Source: Eledone cirrhosa (lineage: Eukaryota). Taken from it: DNA of 64,000 nt. A model generated the notes under the pieces. The model saw only the letters and a program-made list of their open reading frames with translations. It had not been told where the DNA came from and did no database searches. The translations under genes were made by a program, and so were the position numbers. The stretch covers positions 108,872,001 through 108,936,000 of the forward strand of contig OZ024745.1 of assembly GCA_964016885.1 (NCBI GenBank). The letters run 5' to 3'. Below, one piece after another: positions 12,187 through 24,638 of this stretch (positions are counted from its first letter, which is position 1; each line of letters starts with the position of its first letter).

Positions 12187-12725
12187 TGATGGCTGTCCCC
12201 TCGTTATCGAGTATGGCCGTTGCACGATATACCATACATTAATAATTATTAATTAATTCTATCGTACAATGCCTGTGCATGAAGATATCTTTTAAGGTGC
12301 GGAAAGACTGTGCACTGAGCCAATCCCACTCCCTGAGCGACAGTAGCTATAACCCGAAAAGAAGAAAAGATCAATATTCATCGATAACTACTGAGCCGCA
12401 GGTTTTATATCGGAGTTCTCCAAGTTTCCTGAGTTGCCTTCTCCTAGAAGATTGCCCTGACAAAGGTTAGGGGTCCTTCACTCACAGTGGTTTAACTGGG
12501 CGGTGCATGAGTATATACATGTGTATATACACACTTTCGGATGGCCGTTGACTCTTATGAGTTCTTCCGCCCTTTGTCAGGTTTTGTTTTTTGTTCTGCA
12601 GAGTGTCCAAAATCACCCTCCTCACCAAGTAAACTTGGTGGGGTTGCCGGTTTAGTCGCCGACGACCCGACCATACGACAGGTTGTACTGGGTTACATGT
12701 TACCAGTAGCACTCAAGAGTGACCC
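12187..12725 (-). mobile_element. Bipartite RTE derivative with (ATGT)n tail
   Basis: Diverged reverse-complement homolog of 19817-20320. A related 5' piece lies at about 13625-13850. Confidence 0.65.
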
Positions 12726-12783
12726 GACATACATACATACATACATACATACATACATACATACATACATACATACATACACA

Positions 12784-12815
<32 letters not shown>

Positions 12816-13017
12816 TACATACATACACACACACATACATACATACATACATACATACATACATACATACATACATACATACATACATACATACATACAT
12901 ACATCCCATACATCATACATACATACATACATACATACATACATACATCCCATACATCATACATACATTCCACTTCTTTAGGAAAAGACAGCCATCTCTT
13001 CAACGAATTCCCTGCTA

Positions 13018-13175
13018 TTGGCAGTATCGGTAGAGGGTCGGACGCCATGCTTTACGATCTGAGTTCAAATCCCGCCGAGGTTGACTTTGCCTTTCATCCT
13101 TACGGGGTCGATAAAATAAAGTACCAGTAATGCACTGGGTAATTGCTGGCCTTGTGCCAAAAGTAGGAACAATTA
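13018..13175 (+). mobile_element. S1 SINE
   Basis: Family consensus. Confidence 0.87.
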
Positions 13176-13957
13176 TGAACCACCACCAACTGCAGATTGT
13201 TGGCCAGTTTGATAACTACAGGCTTTGTTTAGGTCATCTTTTCTAGAGCCTTCCCATGTGGTAAAGGGCTGCTCAGACACTCAAGACTCCGCCAATGCAT
13301 GTTACTGTTCAGGTTAACTGTACAGTGACCTTAGAATAAGACTTGAGCCACCCACGTGTAGATTTGTAACTATAAAGCTTCTAACCGGTCAAGTCTGCAC
13401 CCGTTGCCGCTCCGCCACGGCTCTGGGACTTGTAAAGAAATATCTGCACATAAAGATGGCAATGCTACGTGCCTCTGCTACACACATAGCACCCATTCCA
13501 TCCTCTCAGCTATGTGTCCAGTGTCAAGCCAAGGCAAGGTAACAGGACAGTTGTGAAGATCGCATGTGTTATTGTCATGGATTTTCACCTCTCCAGTGGG
13601 TGTAGTCGTACTCACCATGCTTGTCCAATTGCAGGTTGGTGAAGTTATTTAAACCCATAGTTGGGGTGGATGGCCGTTGACTTTGTGGAGTTCATCTGCT
13701 CTTTGACAGCTCTTGTTTTTATGCTCTTGGGTTTCCACATACCCACCTCGCCAGACGAGGGTCTGGTGGGAGAGCTGGTTTAGACACCGACCTTCCGACC
13801 GTGAAACAGGTTGTACTGTGCTAAATGGCAAAACGAAGAAAACATTTTTAAGGGGAAACCTTAAACGAATATAAAAAAAAAACTCCATGGTCATCGACTT
13901 TAGCAGTTTCGACTACCAGTGTGTGTGTGTGTGTGGGGGGTGGGGGTGGGGGGTGTC

Positions 13958-14089
13958 TATATAAAGGTAAAAATATAAATGAAATGTAACTATTTGCATG
14001 TAAAGAAGATAAATATATATATATTGATTTATTTATTTATATTCTTTACATGCAAATAGTTACATTTTATTTATATTTTTACCTTTATA
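13958..14089. repeat. AT-rich inverted repeat with ~48-bp arms
   Basis: TATAAAGGTAAAAATATAAAT..GTAAAGAA and its reverse complement; arm sequence recurs at 15117-15183. Confidence 0.8.
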
Positions 14090-14093
14090 CAGC

Positions 14094-14301
14094 CGATCGA
14101 CTTTCGTCAAATCGGACCGAGGAAACAATGTTTCCATTGGTCTTTCCAATTGCTAATACTATCTATCGGTCGCAACTCCAGGTAGAAGGAGCAATGTGAA
14201 ATAAACTGTTTTGCCCAAAGACACAACACTTAGCCCGGTTCGAAAATTGAACTTAGCCTCATGATTGTGAATCCAATTATCTAACCATTCACCACGCGCC
14301 C
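14094..14301 (-). mobile_element. tRNA-derived CORE-type SINE, family S2
   Basis: tRNA-like head (TGG..AGTGGTTAGA...GTTCGATTC) plus CORE-like GTCCTTGAGCAAGACACTTTATTTCAC. Other copies at 53247-53460, 55119-55330 and 57468-57690; relatives at 40085-40200 and 43270-43595. Confidence 0.75.
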
Positions 14302-14435
14302 ATATATATATATATATAGATAGATTTAATTGTCCCTATATTTCGGATTCGCATCCATCAACTGGGGTGTTTTCGGGGGGAAAAGTTATCTGTCGGAGAG
14401 GAACGGTACGTGGCCTCTGTTGTCCGCTGTTTGTG

Positions 14436-14492
14436 TGTAACAGTTACACACAGTTACACACAGTTACACACAGTTACACACAGTTACACACA
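14436..14492. repeat. (CAGTTACACA)n
   Basis: Five perfect 10-bp units. Confidence 0.9.
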
Positions 14493-14653
14493 GAGTACTC
14501 AATACTTAGGGTAGTAGAGTGGGTAATAGGAAAAAGTATGACCCCGAAGGCAGAGCTCAAGCCGTTTAGACGGCTATTTCTGGACTATTTCTGAGTCCAG
14601 AAATAGCTGTCGAAACGGCTTGAGCTCTGCCGTCGGGGTCATACTTTTTCCTA
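14492..14653. mobile_element. Family F fold-back element
   Basis: Inverted arms around CTGGACTATTTCTGAGTCCAG. Confidence 0.72.
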
Positions 14654-14727
14654 TATATATATATATATATATATATATGGAAAAAGTAAAAGGAATGAAG
14701 AGTGCTCTATGTAAGTTACAGAGCTAA

Positions 14728-14868
14728 ATATTTAACGTATAATAAACAACACAGTATAATTACCTCATTACCCGAGGTTTGAATGCGGACGTCTCTTGTA
14801 TTCGTCCTGTTCGGGAAACCTCGGGTAATGATGTAATTATACTGTGTTGTTTATTATACGTTAAATAT
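14728..14868. repeat. Inverted repeat with ~53-bp arms
   Basis: Arms 14728-14780 and 14816-14868; the right arm starts GAAA-CCTCGGG-TA (possible hammerhead 3' half). Confidence 0.85.
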
Positions 14869-15193
14869 ATATATATATGTTTTATATATGAGTTTTACTA
14901 TGAATTAACGGTTTTGTGTTTAATTTCATTGTTTTAATATTTCTATTTTGACTCTGTATCCAATTGAATTATATCGTTAAAAATGTTTGTGTTTTAAACT
15001 TTGCTTCACGACATCTTCTACATACGGATTACATTGAGTTCTTTATGCGGTTTAGACCCTACCATTGATTGGTAGATTTATCTGTGTATCTGTATATATA
15101 TATATATATATATATACAAATAGTTACATTTTATTTATATTTTTACCTTTATACAAATATTTTTATATTTTTACCTTTATACAGATACACACG

Positions 15194-15262
<69 letters not shown>

Positions 15263-15361
15263 TTGCCTTCGATTAAGAAGTTCGATTTGCAACCACCTGG
15301 TCTTAGATTTGGTCTCACTGTGTGGCAACTTTGGTACACGGAAGCTGTGCAGAAGGGTGAT

Positions 15362-15415
<54 letters not shown>

Positions 15416-15422
15416 CCCCCCC

Positions 15423-15500
<78 letters not shown>

Positions 15501-15597
15501 TCAATGTATTACTTATGCATCCGCCGTTTCTGCGTGTGTGCTATTTTTCTTACTATTAACACATGGAGGGAGAGAAATATATATATATATATATATA

Positions 15598-15757
15598 TAG
15601 GAACGAGTAGGACCCCGACGGCTGAGCTCAAGCCGTTTCGAAACGGCTTGAGCTCAGCCGTCGGGTCCTACTCGTTCCTATTACCCACTCTACTACCCTA
15701 AGTATTGAGTACTTTGGTGCGTTATGGTCCACCTGGTTCCTTACCACATTTCCTTCG

Positions 15758-15759
<2 letters not shown>
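15598..15759 (+). mobile_element. Family F fold-back element
   Basis: Palindrome centred on GTTTCGAAAC; (TA)n on both sides. Confidence 0.75.
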
Positions 15760-15791
<32 letters not shown>

Positions 15792-15795
<4 letters not shown>

Positions 15796-15940
15796 GTAAA
15801 ATTCCATTATAACGAATATCATTATAACGAATTTTTCAGTATAACGAAATTTTTTCCATCCCCGGCCACAGGCTCTATGTTTTAGGTCGATCTCGTTACA
15901 ACGAATTTGTTTAATACCCCGTGAATTTCGTTATAACGTA
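15792..15940 (+). mobile_element. pogo/Tigger-like MITE fragment
   Basis: TA|CAGGTAAAATTCC with repeated TTATAACGAA subterminal motifs. Confidence 0.55.
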
Positions 15941-16361
15941 TTCCTTCCTTCCATGTGAGCATGTGTTAACATTTTAATGTGTATGTATATGTGAACTTGT
16001 CCGCCTTTTAAACTTGCTTAAGCTATGTGAAACTGTGTAAGTATGGGTTTATGTGTTTGAATCTCGTTTCCTCAGAAAATTTCTCTACATAAATAAGTGT
16101 TTGTGTGTGCGTGTGTTTGCACAAGGAAATTATCGTTCTAATATCATTAGCGTGTCTGTGTGTTTGTTATCATATACATAACTGGTGTGTGTGTGTGTGT
16201 ATGTGTGTGTGTTTATGAGTGTGTGCGTGTGTGTTTATATATAAACGCGTGTGTGCATCTGTGAGTTAGTTTTGGTGTTCGTATGTGAAAGCAAGCAGGC
16301 ATTTGCGTGTGCATGTCTCTCTCCTTAAACTTGTCTGTATCATTGCGTGTGTGCAACTTCT

Positions 16362-16403
<42 letters not shown>

Positions 16404-16480
16404 GTACGTTATTCCGGGTTGAATCGGAGGTAACCACAGTAAGTAAGGTACTCAATACATTGCAGAGTATAAAAGTTTTA

Positions 16481-16598
16481 ATATAGATGAGATTCTACAC
16501 GACTAGAACTGTTTCATTCTTTAGAAATCATCAGGAATCTCAGAGATTCCTGATGATTTCTAAAGAATGAAACAGTTCTAGTCCTGTAGAATCTCATC

Positions 16599-16603
<5 letters not shown>
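16481..16603. repeat. Palindrome with ~61-bp arms
   Basis: Centred on 16542. Confidence 0.9.
16543..16595 (+). ncRNA. Type I hammerhead ribozyme (family B) in the arm of a palindrome
   Basis: GAGATTC-CTGATGA-T-TTC taaa GAA-T-GAAA-CAG ttctagtc CTG-TA|GAATCTC. Mirror copy on the minus strand at 16489-16541; degenerate relatives near 4505-4550 and 37870-37921. Confidence 0.75.
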
Positions 16604-16631
<28 letters not shown>

Positions 16632-16670
16632 CAATATTAAATAAATGGAAAACTATATTTATAAAACCAT

Positions 16671-16743
16671 ATTTATTTCATTATATATATTTCGGGGATA
16701 TCATATTAACAATATGCTATGCCTTCATCAGACAAAATACAAT
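16671..16743 (-). ncRNA. Mirror hammerhead (family A), left arm of the palindrome
   Basis: Reverse complement of 16891-16963. Confidence 0.72.
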
Positions 16744-16890
16744 ATAAACAGTTTTATAGATAAATATATTCGACATACCGTAATAAACATCGACTTCATT
16801 TGAAGAGGTTTACGCTAGCAGTAAACCTCTTCAAATGAAGTCGATGTTTATTACGGTATGTCGAATATATTTATCTATAAAACTGTTTAT

Positions 16891-16963
16891 ATTGTATTTT
16901 GTCTGATGAAGGCATAGCATATTGTTAATATGATATCCCCGAAATATATATAATGAAATAAAT
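16891..16963 (+). ncRNA. Type I hammerhead ribozyme (family A), right arm of a 375-bp palindrome
   Basis: ATTGTATTTTGT-CTGATGA(16903)-stem II GG.ATA.CATATT/AATATG.TAT.CC-GAAA(16941)-TATATA-TA|ATGAAATAAAT. Confidence 0.75.
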
Positions 16964-17171
16964 ATGGTTTTATAAATATAGTTTTCCATTTATTTAATAT
17001 TGTAAATATACTCCAAATATTTGTCGAGTGCTTTTATATCAGTTATAAATATTTACTAGTTGTAACCCAACAATTTTTAAATATAACTTTACATATATAT
17101 ATATATATACATATTTTACTCATTTTCTAAGCGTTTTAGCTCATTGTAATGATAGGATCATATTGAGCCGT

Positions 17172-17205
<34 letters not shown>

Positions 17206-17343
17206 TAGTTGTGTGTATATATATATATATATATACATATATATCCAGGGAGTGTAACACGGAGTTACTGTAGGTTCACTCGAGTGAACACTCGATGTTT
17301 AGGTTTACTTCAGTGTCAAGGTGTAGAGCTAGACAGAGTGTAG

Positions 17344-17426
<83 letters not shown>

Positions 17427-17752
17427 GCGCGTGTGTGTGTGTGTGTGTGTGTGTGCGTGTGTATAAGAATGTGTGCTTAAAATAACGTAGTATTTAAAAC
17501 ATTTAAACACTAACTAAATGACCACTCAGTATTGATGTAGTTTTGATGGCAGTGACTTCGAAGTTTCAGCTTGGTTACTTCATATCGCTGCCAGATGATG
17601 TCACTGTCACTTCTACCTGGAGTCCAGAAATAGCCGTCGAAACGGCTTGAGCTCTGCCGTCGGGGTCATACTTTTTTCACATTTCCCACTCTACTACTCT
17701 AAGTATATATACAATATATTAATAAATGGAAACTATATTTATAAAACCATAA

Positions 17753-17820
17753 TTATTTTATTATATATATTTCAAGGGCAACCAAGGCAGTTTTGGTGCG
17801 CGTTCATCAGATAAAATACA
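17753..17820 (-). ncRNA. Type I hammerhead ribozyme (family A)
   Basis: Minus strand reads TGTATTTTAT-CTGATGA-..CACCAA..TTGGTTG..-GAAA-TATATA-TA|ATAAAATA; near-identical to 38092-38158. Confidence 0.7.
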
Positions 17821-17929
17821 AAATTTGTTTTATAAATGTTGACATACCCGTAGAAAAACAACCTTGACGGTTGCAGGTTCGGTGGATAGTAAGCGTGTTG
17901 AATCCCAACAAATTAAATATAACTTCTGC

Positions 17930-17960
<31 letters not shown>

Positions 17961-18065
17961 TTAAAGCGATGAAATGCCTAGGACGGTTGGAAGACCACTG
18001 ATGAAGGACAAACCTTTTCATATGTAACCCATTTGCAACGCCGCAGCTCCATTATTATCATATTT

Positions 18066-18136
<71 letters not shown>

Positions 18137-18285
18137 GTAGGAGGTGAGTTTTATTGTAGCACAATGAAGCAATGCAAATATCGGATAAGTAGCACTCAAC
18201 AGTTTATTGGACTGGAGTATATATATGTTGTTTAGACACTAGCTTGCTCACAAGTGTCTTTTTTAAGCTTCATATCATGTCTCCC

Positions 18286-18356
18286 TATTTTATCTGATGA
18301 GAACGCAAATATCGTCCCTGGATGATATTTGGTTTTGAAATGCGCATAATAAAATA
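18286..18356 (+). ncRNA. Type I hammerhead ribozyme with TGCGCA palindromic stem III
   Basis: TATTTTAT-CTGATGA(18294)-long stem II CAAATATCGTC/GATGATATTTG-GAAA(18337)-TGCGCA-TA|ATAAAATA. Confidence 0.82.
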
Positions 18357-18390
18357 CATGGAACATTTTTTAACCATCTTTTAATTTCTT

Positions 18391-18463
<73 letters not shown>

Positions 18464-18696
18464 CGTTCCTTTGTCAGTGTTGAACAAACGAGCAACGATG
18501 GTTGCTAGACACTACGGCTTAATACGGGATGTTTGTTTGCAAACACACCGACCATTATAATAAATGTTCGGTGAATCCATACGTACATATATATATGTGT
18601 GCTTGTGTGTATATATATATATACATACTACTGTACGTCTGTATACATATATGTATGTACGTGTACATACTTATATATATATATATATATATATAT

Positions 18697-18888
18697 AACA
18701 AAGGAAATGTGGTAAGGAACCAGATGGACCATAACGCACTAGATTACTCAATACTTAGAGTAGTAGAGTGGGAAATAAGAAAAAGTAAAACCCCGACGGT
18801 AGAGCTCAAGCCGTTTCGACGGCTATTTCTGGACAGAAATAGCCGTCAAAAGGGCTTGAGCTCTGCCGTCGGGGTCTTACTTTTTCCC
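18697..18888 (-). mobile_element. Family F fold-back element
   Basis: Inverted arms around TTTCTGGACAGAAA; (TA)n flanks. Confidence 0.72.
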
Positions 18889-19022
18889 ATATATATATAT
18901 ATATATGGAGTTAGGCAGTTCGCTTTGTAGCCACATCGTTCCAACTTCATTCAGCTGAGTGACATTTAGCGCAAATCTGTGTGTGTGTATATTATACATA
19001 TATATACATATATATATATATA

Positions 19023-19076
<54 letters not shown>

Positions 19077-19191
19077 AGACAATATATTATATATCAAACT
19101 GAAATAGGTAGTTGGGTCAGTATTATCGACCAAAAACCTCTGTAGGTGTGCTCCAGCATGGTCGCAGTCCATTGACTAAAATCCGTGACAG

Positions 19192-19242
<51 letters not shown>

Positions 19243-19816
19243 CACACACAATTATGTTTTGATAAAATCCTTGTGAGTGATAGATGGAAATTAAACCTGT
19301 CACATACATACATACGAGTGGATGTGTATGTATGTATGTATGTATGTATGTATGTATGTATGTATGTATGTATGTATGTATGTATGTGTGTATGTATGTG
19401 TGTATGTATGTATGTATGTATGTATGTATGTATGTATGTATGTATGTGTGTATGTGTGTATGTATGTATGTGTGTATGTATGTATGTATGTATGTATGTA
19501 TGTATGTATGTATGTATGTATGTGTGTATGTGTGTATGTATGTATGTATGTATGTATGTATGTATGTGTGTATGTATGTATGTATGTGTGTATGTATGTA
19601 TGTGTGTATGTATGTATGTATGTATGTGTGTATGTATGCATGTATGTGCGTATGTATGTATGTATGTATGTATGTATGTATGTATGTGTGTATGTATGTA
19701 TGTGTGTATGTATGTATGTGTGTATGTATGTATGTATGTATGTATGTATGTATGTGTGTATGTATGTATGTATGTGTGTATGTGTGTACGTATGTATGTA
19801 TGTATGTATGTATATG

Positions 19817-20320
19817 TGAGGAGGGTGACTTTGGACATCCTGCAGGACTAAAAACAAAACCTGTCAAAGGGCAAAGGAGCTCTTAAGAGTCAATGGCCAT
19901 CCAAAATCACCGGGAGAGATGACCCCTTAGCCTTTGTCAAGGCAGAATTCTAGGAGAAGGAAAACTCTGATATCACACCTGCAACCCTGATGATATCCAA
20001 TGATGTTGACTTGTTCTTCTTTTTGGTAAATATCATCTTGGTTAAGAGAGTGGGACTGGCTTTGTGCAGTGCCTTTGCTCACTATAAAAACTTCACGGCA
20101 CAGGCATTGCTTTATATCTGGAGATCTCTCTGCACTTGTCGTCACATGGTACCATGGGCCCAGCACTATGTGTCAATAATTGTCACATGTGTAGTGTTTG
20201 TACCAAAGTTTTCAAGTCGCTGGCCGGACTGAAAAGTCACACTCGTTCAGCGCATCGGTAGGGGTTCTCCTACATGGATATAAAGTAGTGGCCGTACTCG
20301 AAAACGAGTTGGCAGCCACC
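19817..20320 (+). mobile_element. Internally deleted (bipartite) RTE derivative with (ATGT)n tail
   Basis: RTE 5'-UTR motif CTAGGAGAAGGAAAACTCTGA joined to a C-terminal C2H2 finger HMCSVCTKVFKSLAGLKSHTRSAHR* (20184-20261) and 3' UTR. Confidence 0.7.
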
Positions 20321-20463
20321 ATGTATGTGTGTATGTATGTATGTATGTATGTATGTATGTATGTATGTATGTATGTATGTATGTATGTGTGTATGTATGT
20401 ATGTATGTATGTGTGTATGTATGTATGTATGTATGTGTGTATGTATGTATGTGTGTATGTATG

Positions 20464-20494
<31 letters not shown>

Positions 20495-20546
20495 GTATGT
20501 ATGTATGTATGTATGTATGTATGTATGTATGTATGTATGTGTGTAT

Positions 20547-20758
20547 GTTTTCTCTTTCTCTTAATTTCGAGTATATTTTTTTGACCGGCCACCTTCCTGG
20601 TGGCAAGGTTGTAAAAGAAGAGAAATTGTCATCCCTTGAATCGCAAGAATGTTTTGCATATTTTGAAGGTGCCAGCTATCGCAGCCATTTGTAGACTATG
20701 AATTAGGGAGCTGCGCTTTTTGTCCGCAAATCCAAGTTCGGTCATACTTTGGTCCAAG
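20547..20758 (-). mobile_element. R4/Dong-like 3' end in (TACA)n
   Basis: Highly similar reverse complement of 11854-12066. Confidence 0.6.
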
Positions 20759-21274
20759 TATGTATGTATGTATGTATGTATGTATGTATGTATGTATGTG
20801 TGTATGTATGTATGTGTGTATGTATGTGTGTATGTATGTATGTGTGTATGTATGTATGTATGTGTGTATGTGTGTATGTATGTATGTATGTATGTGTGTA
20901 TGTGTGTATGTATGTATGTATGTATGTATGTATGTATGTATGTATGTATGTATGTATGTGTGTATGTGTGTGTATGTATGTATGTATGTATGTATGTATG
21001 TGTGTATGTATGTATGTGTGTATGTATGTATGTATGTGTGTATGTATGTATGTATGTATGTGTGTATGTATGTATGTGTGTATGTATGTATGTATGTGTG
21101 TATGTATGTATGTGTGTATGTATGCATATGTGTGTTTTTGTGTGTTTGTGTTTACGTTTACTGTTTGTTTATGTCCTGTTAATCTATGGTTCAGCACAGA
21201 GAGATCGATAAAATAAGTACTGGGGTCGATATAATTAAGTAATATCACAGTAATTGTATAACAGAACAGGAAGA

Positions 21275-22587
21275 CTGTATGTGTGAGTGTGAATGTGTGT
21301 GAAAATGTGTGTGCGTATGTGTGAAACTGTGTGTGTGTGTGTGAATGTATGTGAATGTGTGTATGCGTGTGAAAGTGTGTGTGCGTATGTGTGTGAATGG
21401 GTATGTGTATGTGAAAGTGTGTTTGTGTGTGTGTGTGAATGTGTGTATGCGTGTGAAAGTGTGTGTGCGTATGTGTGTGAATGGGTATGTGAAAGTGTGT
21501 TTGTGTGTGTGTGTGAATGTGTGTGTATGGGTGTGAAAGTGTGTGTGCGTATGTGTGTGAATGGATATGTGTATGTGACAGTGTGTTTGTGTGTGAAAGT
21601 GTGTGTGCGTATGTGTGAATGGGTATGTGAAAGTGTGTTTGTGTGTGTGTGTGAATGTGTGTATGCGCGTGAAAGTGCGTGTGCGTATGTGTGTGAATGG
21701 GTTTGTGTATGTGACAGTGTGTTTGTGTGTGTTTGAATGTTTGTTAATGTGTGTATGCGTGTGAATGTGTGTGAATGTGCGTGTGTGCAAATGTGTGTGT
21801 GTGCGAATGTGTGTGTGTGTGAATGTGTATGTGTGTGTGAATGTGCGGGTGTGTGTGTGAGTGTGAATGTGTGTGTATGTGCGTGTGTGTGTGTGTGAAA
21901 GTGTGTGAATGTATGTGTGTAAATATGTGTGTGTGAGTGTGAATGAGTGTGAATGTGCGTGTGTGTGTGTGTGAAAGTGTGTGAATGTATGTGTATAAAT
22001 GTGTGTGTGTGAGTGTGAATGTGTGTGTACATGTGTTTCAGCTTAACAATAATTTCCGTAAAGTTGGTATATAAAACGAAGTAATTTTGCGTGTGTGTAT
22101 GTGTATATGTATATATGTGTATATGTATATGTCTATGTATGAGTATGTGTATGTATATATGTATATATATATATATATATATGTCTATGTATGAGAATGT
22201 GTATATATGTGTATGCATATATGCCTATGTATGAGTATGTGTATATATATATGTATGTATGTATATATGTCTATGTATGAGTATGTGTATGTGTATATAT
22301 GTCTATGTATGAGAATGTGTATGTGTATATATGTGTATGTATATATATATGACTATGTATGTGTATCTGTATATGTATATATGTCTATGCATGAGTATGT
22401 GTATATATGTGTATGTATATATGACTATGTATATGTATATATATGTTTATAGATATATATATATATATGTCTATGTATGAGAATGTGTATGTGTATATAT
22501 GTGTATGTATATATGTCTATGTATGAGTATGTGTATGTATATATGTGTGTATATATACATGTCTATGTATGAGTATGTGTATGTATA

Positions 22588-22620
<33 letters not shown>

Positions 22621-22725
22621 GTGTGTCTATGTATGAGTATGTGTATGTGTATATATATGTGTGTGTATATATGCCTATGTATGAGTATGTGTATGTATAT
22701 ATATATATATATATGTGTGTGTGTC
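21275..22725. repeat. Compound GT- and TA/TG-derived degenerate microsatellite
   Basis: Recurring GTGAAAGTGTGT / GTGAATG and GTCTATGTATGAG units. Confidence 0.85.
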
Positions 22726-22826
22726 TGGAACTTTTTCCATGTCACCGGACTTCTCGCAAGCACATAACTGTATATGTATGTTTATCTTTGTGTGTTCGTT
22801 TCTAAATGTATTCCAGTTATGTATTG

Positions 22827-22918
<92 letters not shown>

Positions 22919-23020
22919 TGTGTGTGTGTGTACGCATTGTCGCCTGTATGTGTTGCAGGTTAGACTAAAAGCCTCAGTCAATATGACTGAATGAATGAGC
23001 AAGTTAATGCATGCGTGTGA

Positions 23021-23052
<32 letters not shown>

Positions 23053-23095
23053 GTATATATACATATATACATACATTACATACATACATACACAA

Positions 23096-23137
<42 letters not shown>

Positions 23138-23428
23138 GGAGAGAGAGAGCGAGCGAGAGAGAGAGAGCGAGCGAGAGAGAGTGAGTTACATATGTGTATG
23201 TATGTATATGTATATTATATATATGTGTATATATATATGTGTGCACTCGATATTGCCACACTTGCCTCAAGCTTTTCTGGCATCAGAGGCAGCAGTAGTG
23301 ACGTGACGGGGAGGGGGGGGGACATCATGTGTTGGTGGGTGAGGGGGAGAGACAAGAGATGTAGAGCAACCACAGCCGCCGTCACCGCCGCAGTGACGGC
23401 GGCGGCGTGGACACGCTGGCTGATAAAA

Positions 23429-23459
<31 letters not shown>

Positions 23460-24015
23460 TAACAAACTAACTAACAACATCAACAACAAAAATCGGTAAA
23501 AATAAAACAAAAAAAAAAAAAATGAAGAAGGAGGAAAGTATAAGTAGTTCGTTACACGGCACACGTTATACTTCCCCCACCCTCCTAATTCTTTTACACA
23601 CACATATACATACACCCCCCTCTCTCTCTCTGTCCCTCTCTCTCTCTCTCTCTCTCTCTCCATCCCTCTCCCCCCCTCTCTCTCTTTCTCCTGTCTGTAT
23701 TGCCATCTTTCTCTCTGGCACTCCATTTTCTACAGCCCACATCCCATTACTAAGGCGCTCTTTCTCGTCTGCCTGCCTCCATCGTCATCACATCCTGCCT
23801 CCTCAACAACAACGACCTTACTTTTTCCTCTTCTTCTACTTCGTCTCTTCTTCTTCTTCTTCTTCTTCTTCTTCTTCTTCTTCTTCTTCTTCTTCTTCTT
23901 CCTACGTAGCCGTGTGACAAGTCTGCCACGCTCCTTCACTCTCTCTCTCTATCATTTCCTCCTCTCTCCTTTCCTCTAATGGCACGTGCCCAGGCAACAG
24001 ACCAAGCCACCCAGC

Positions 24016-24074
<59 letters not shown>

Positions 24075-24216
24075 TGCTGCTGCTTGCTTACCCTCATCAG
24101 CTTGCCTTGCCTGCCGACTAGTCGTCCAGCCAGACATTTTTTTATTTTTTCAGTCAGTCAGTCAGTCATTCAGGCAGACAGGCAGACAGACTTACAGAGA
24201 GCCAGACAACTAGTCA

Positions 24217-24423
<207 letters not shown>

Positions 24424-24638
24424 TTATTTGCCACTAGGGCACAAAAGAAAGGGACATGTACATGGGTGGGGGGAGTTTACATAAAAATCGAGTAAGAAAA
24501 ATATAACAAACAAAATAATAACAAGAAGGTCCTCAATAGGGAGGGATCGTTTTGGGGTCACACACACCCCCGAAAAAAAGTGTGCGACCCTTCTCCACGG
24601 GAGCACAAAGAGAGGGTGCTCCCTTCTTTCTGTTCCAC

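Larger units (their letters stand above)
16630..17004. repeat. Long palindrome, 184-bp arms, 7-bp spacer
   Basis: 16630-16813 is the reverse complement of 16821-17004. Confidence 0.92.

Noticed and set aside
20184-20261. C2H2 zinc-finger gene exon
   Set aside because: A single finger followed by a stop, 3' UTR and repeat tail; it matches the RTE C-terminal finger.
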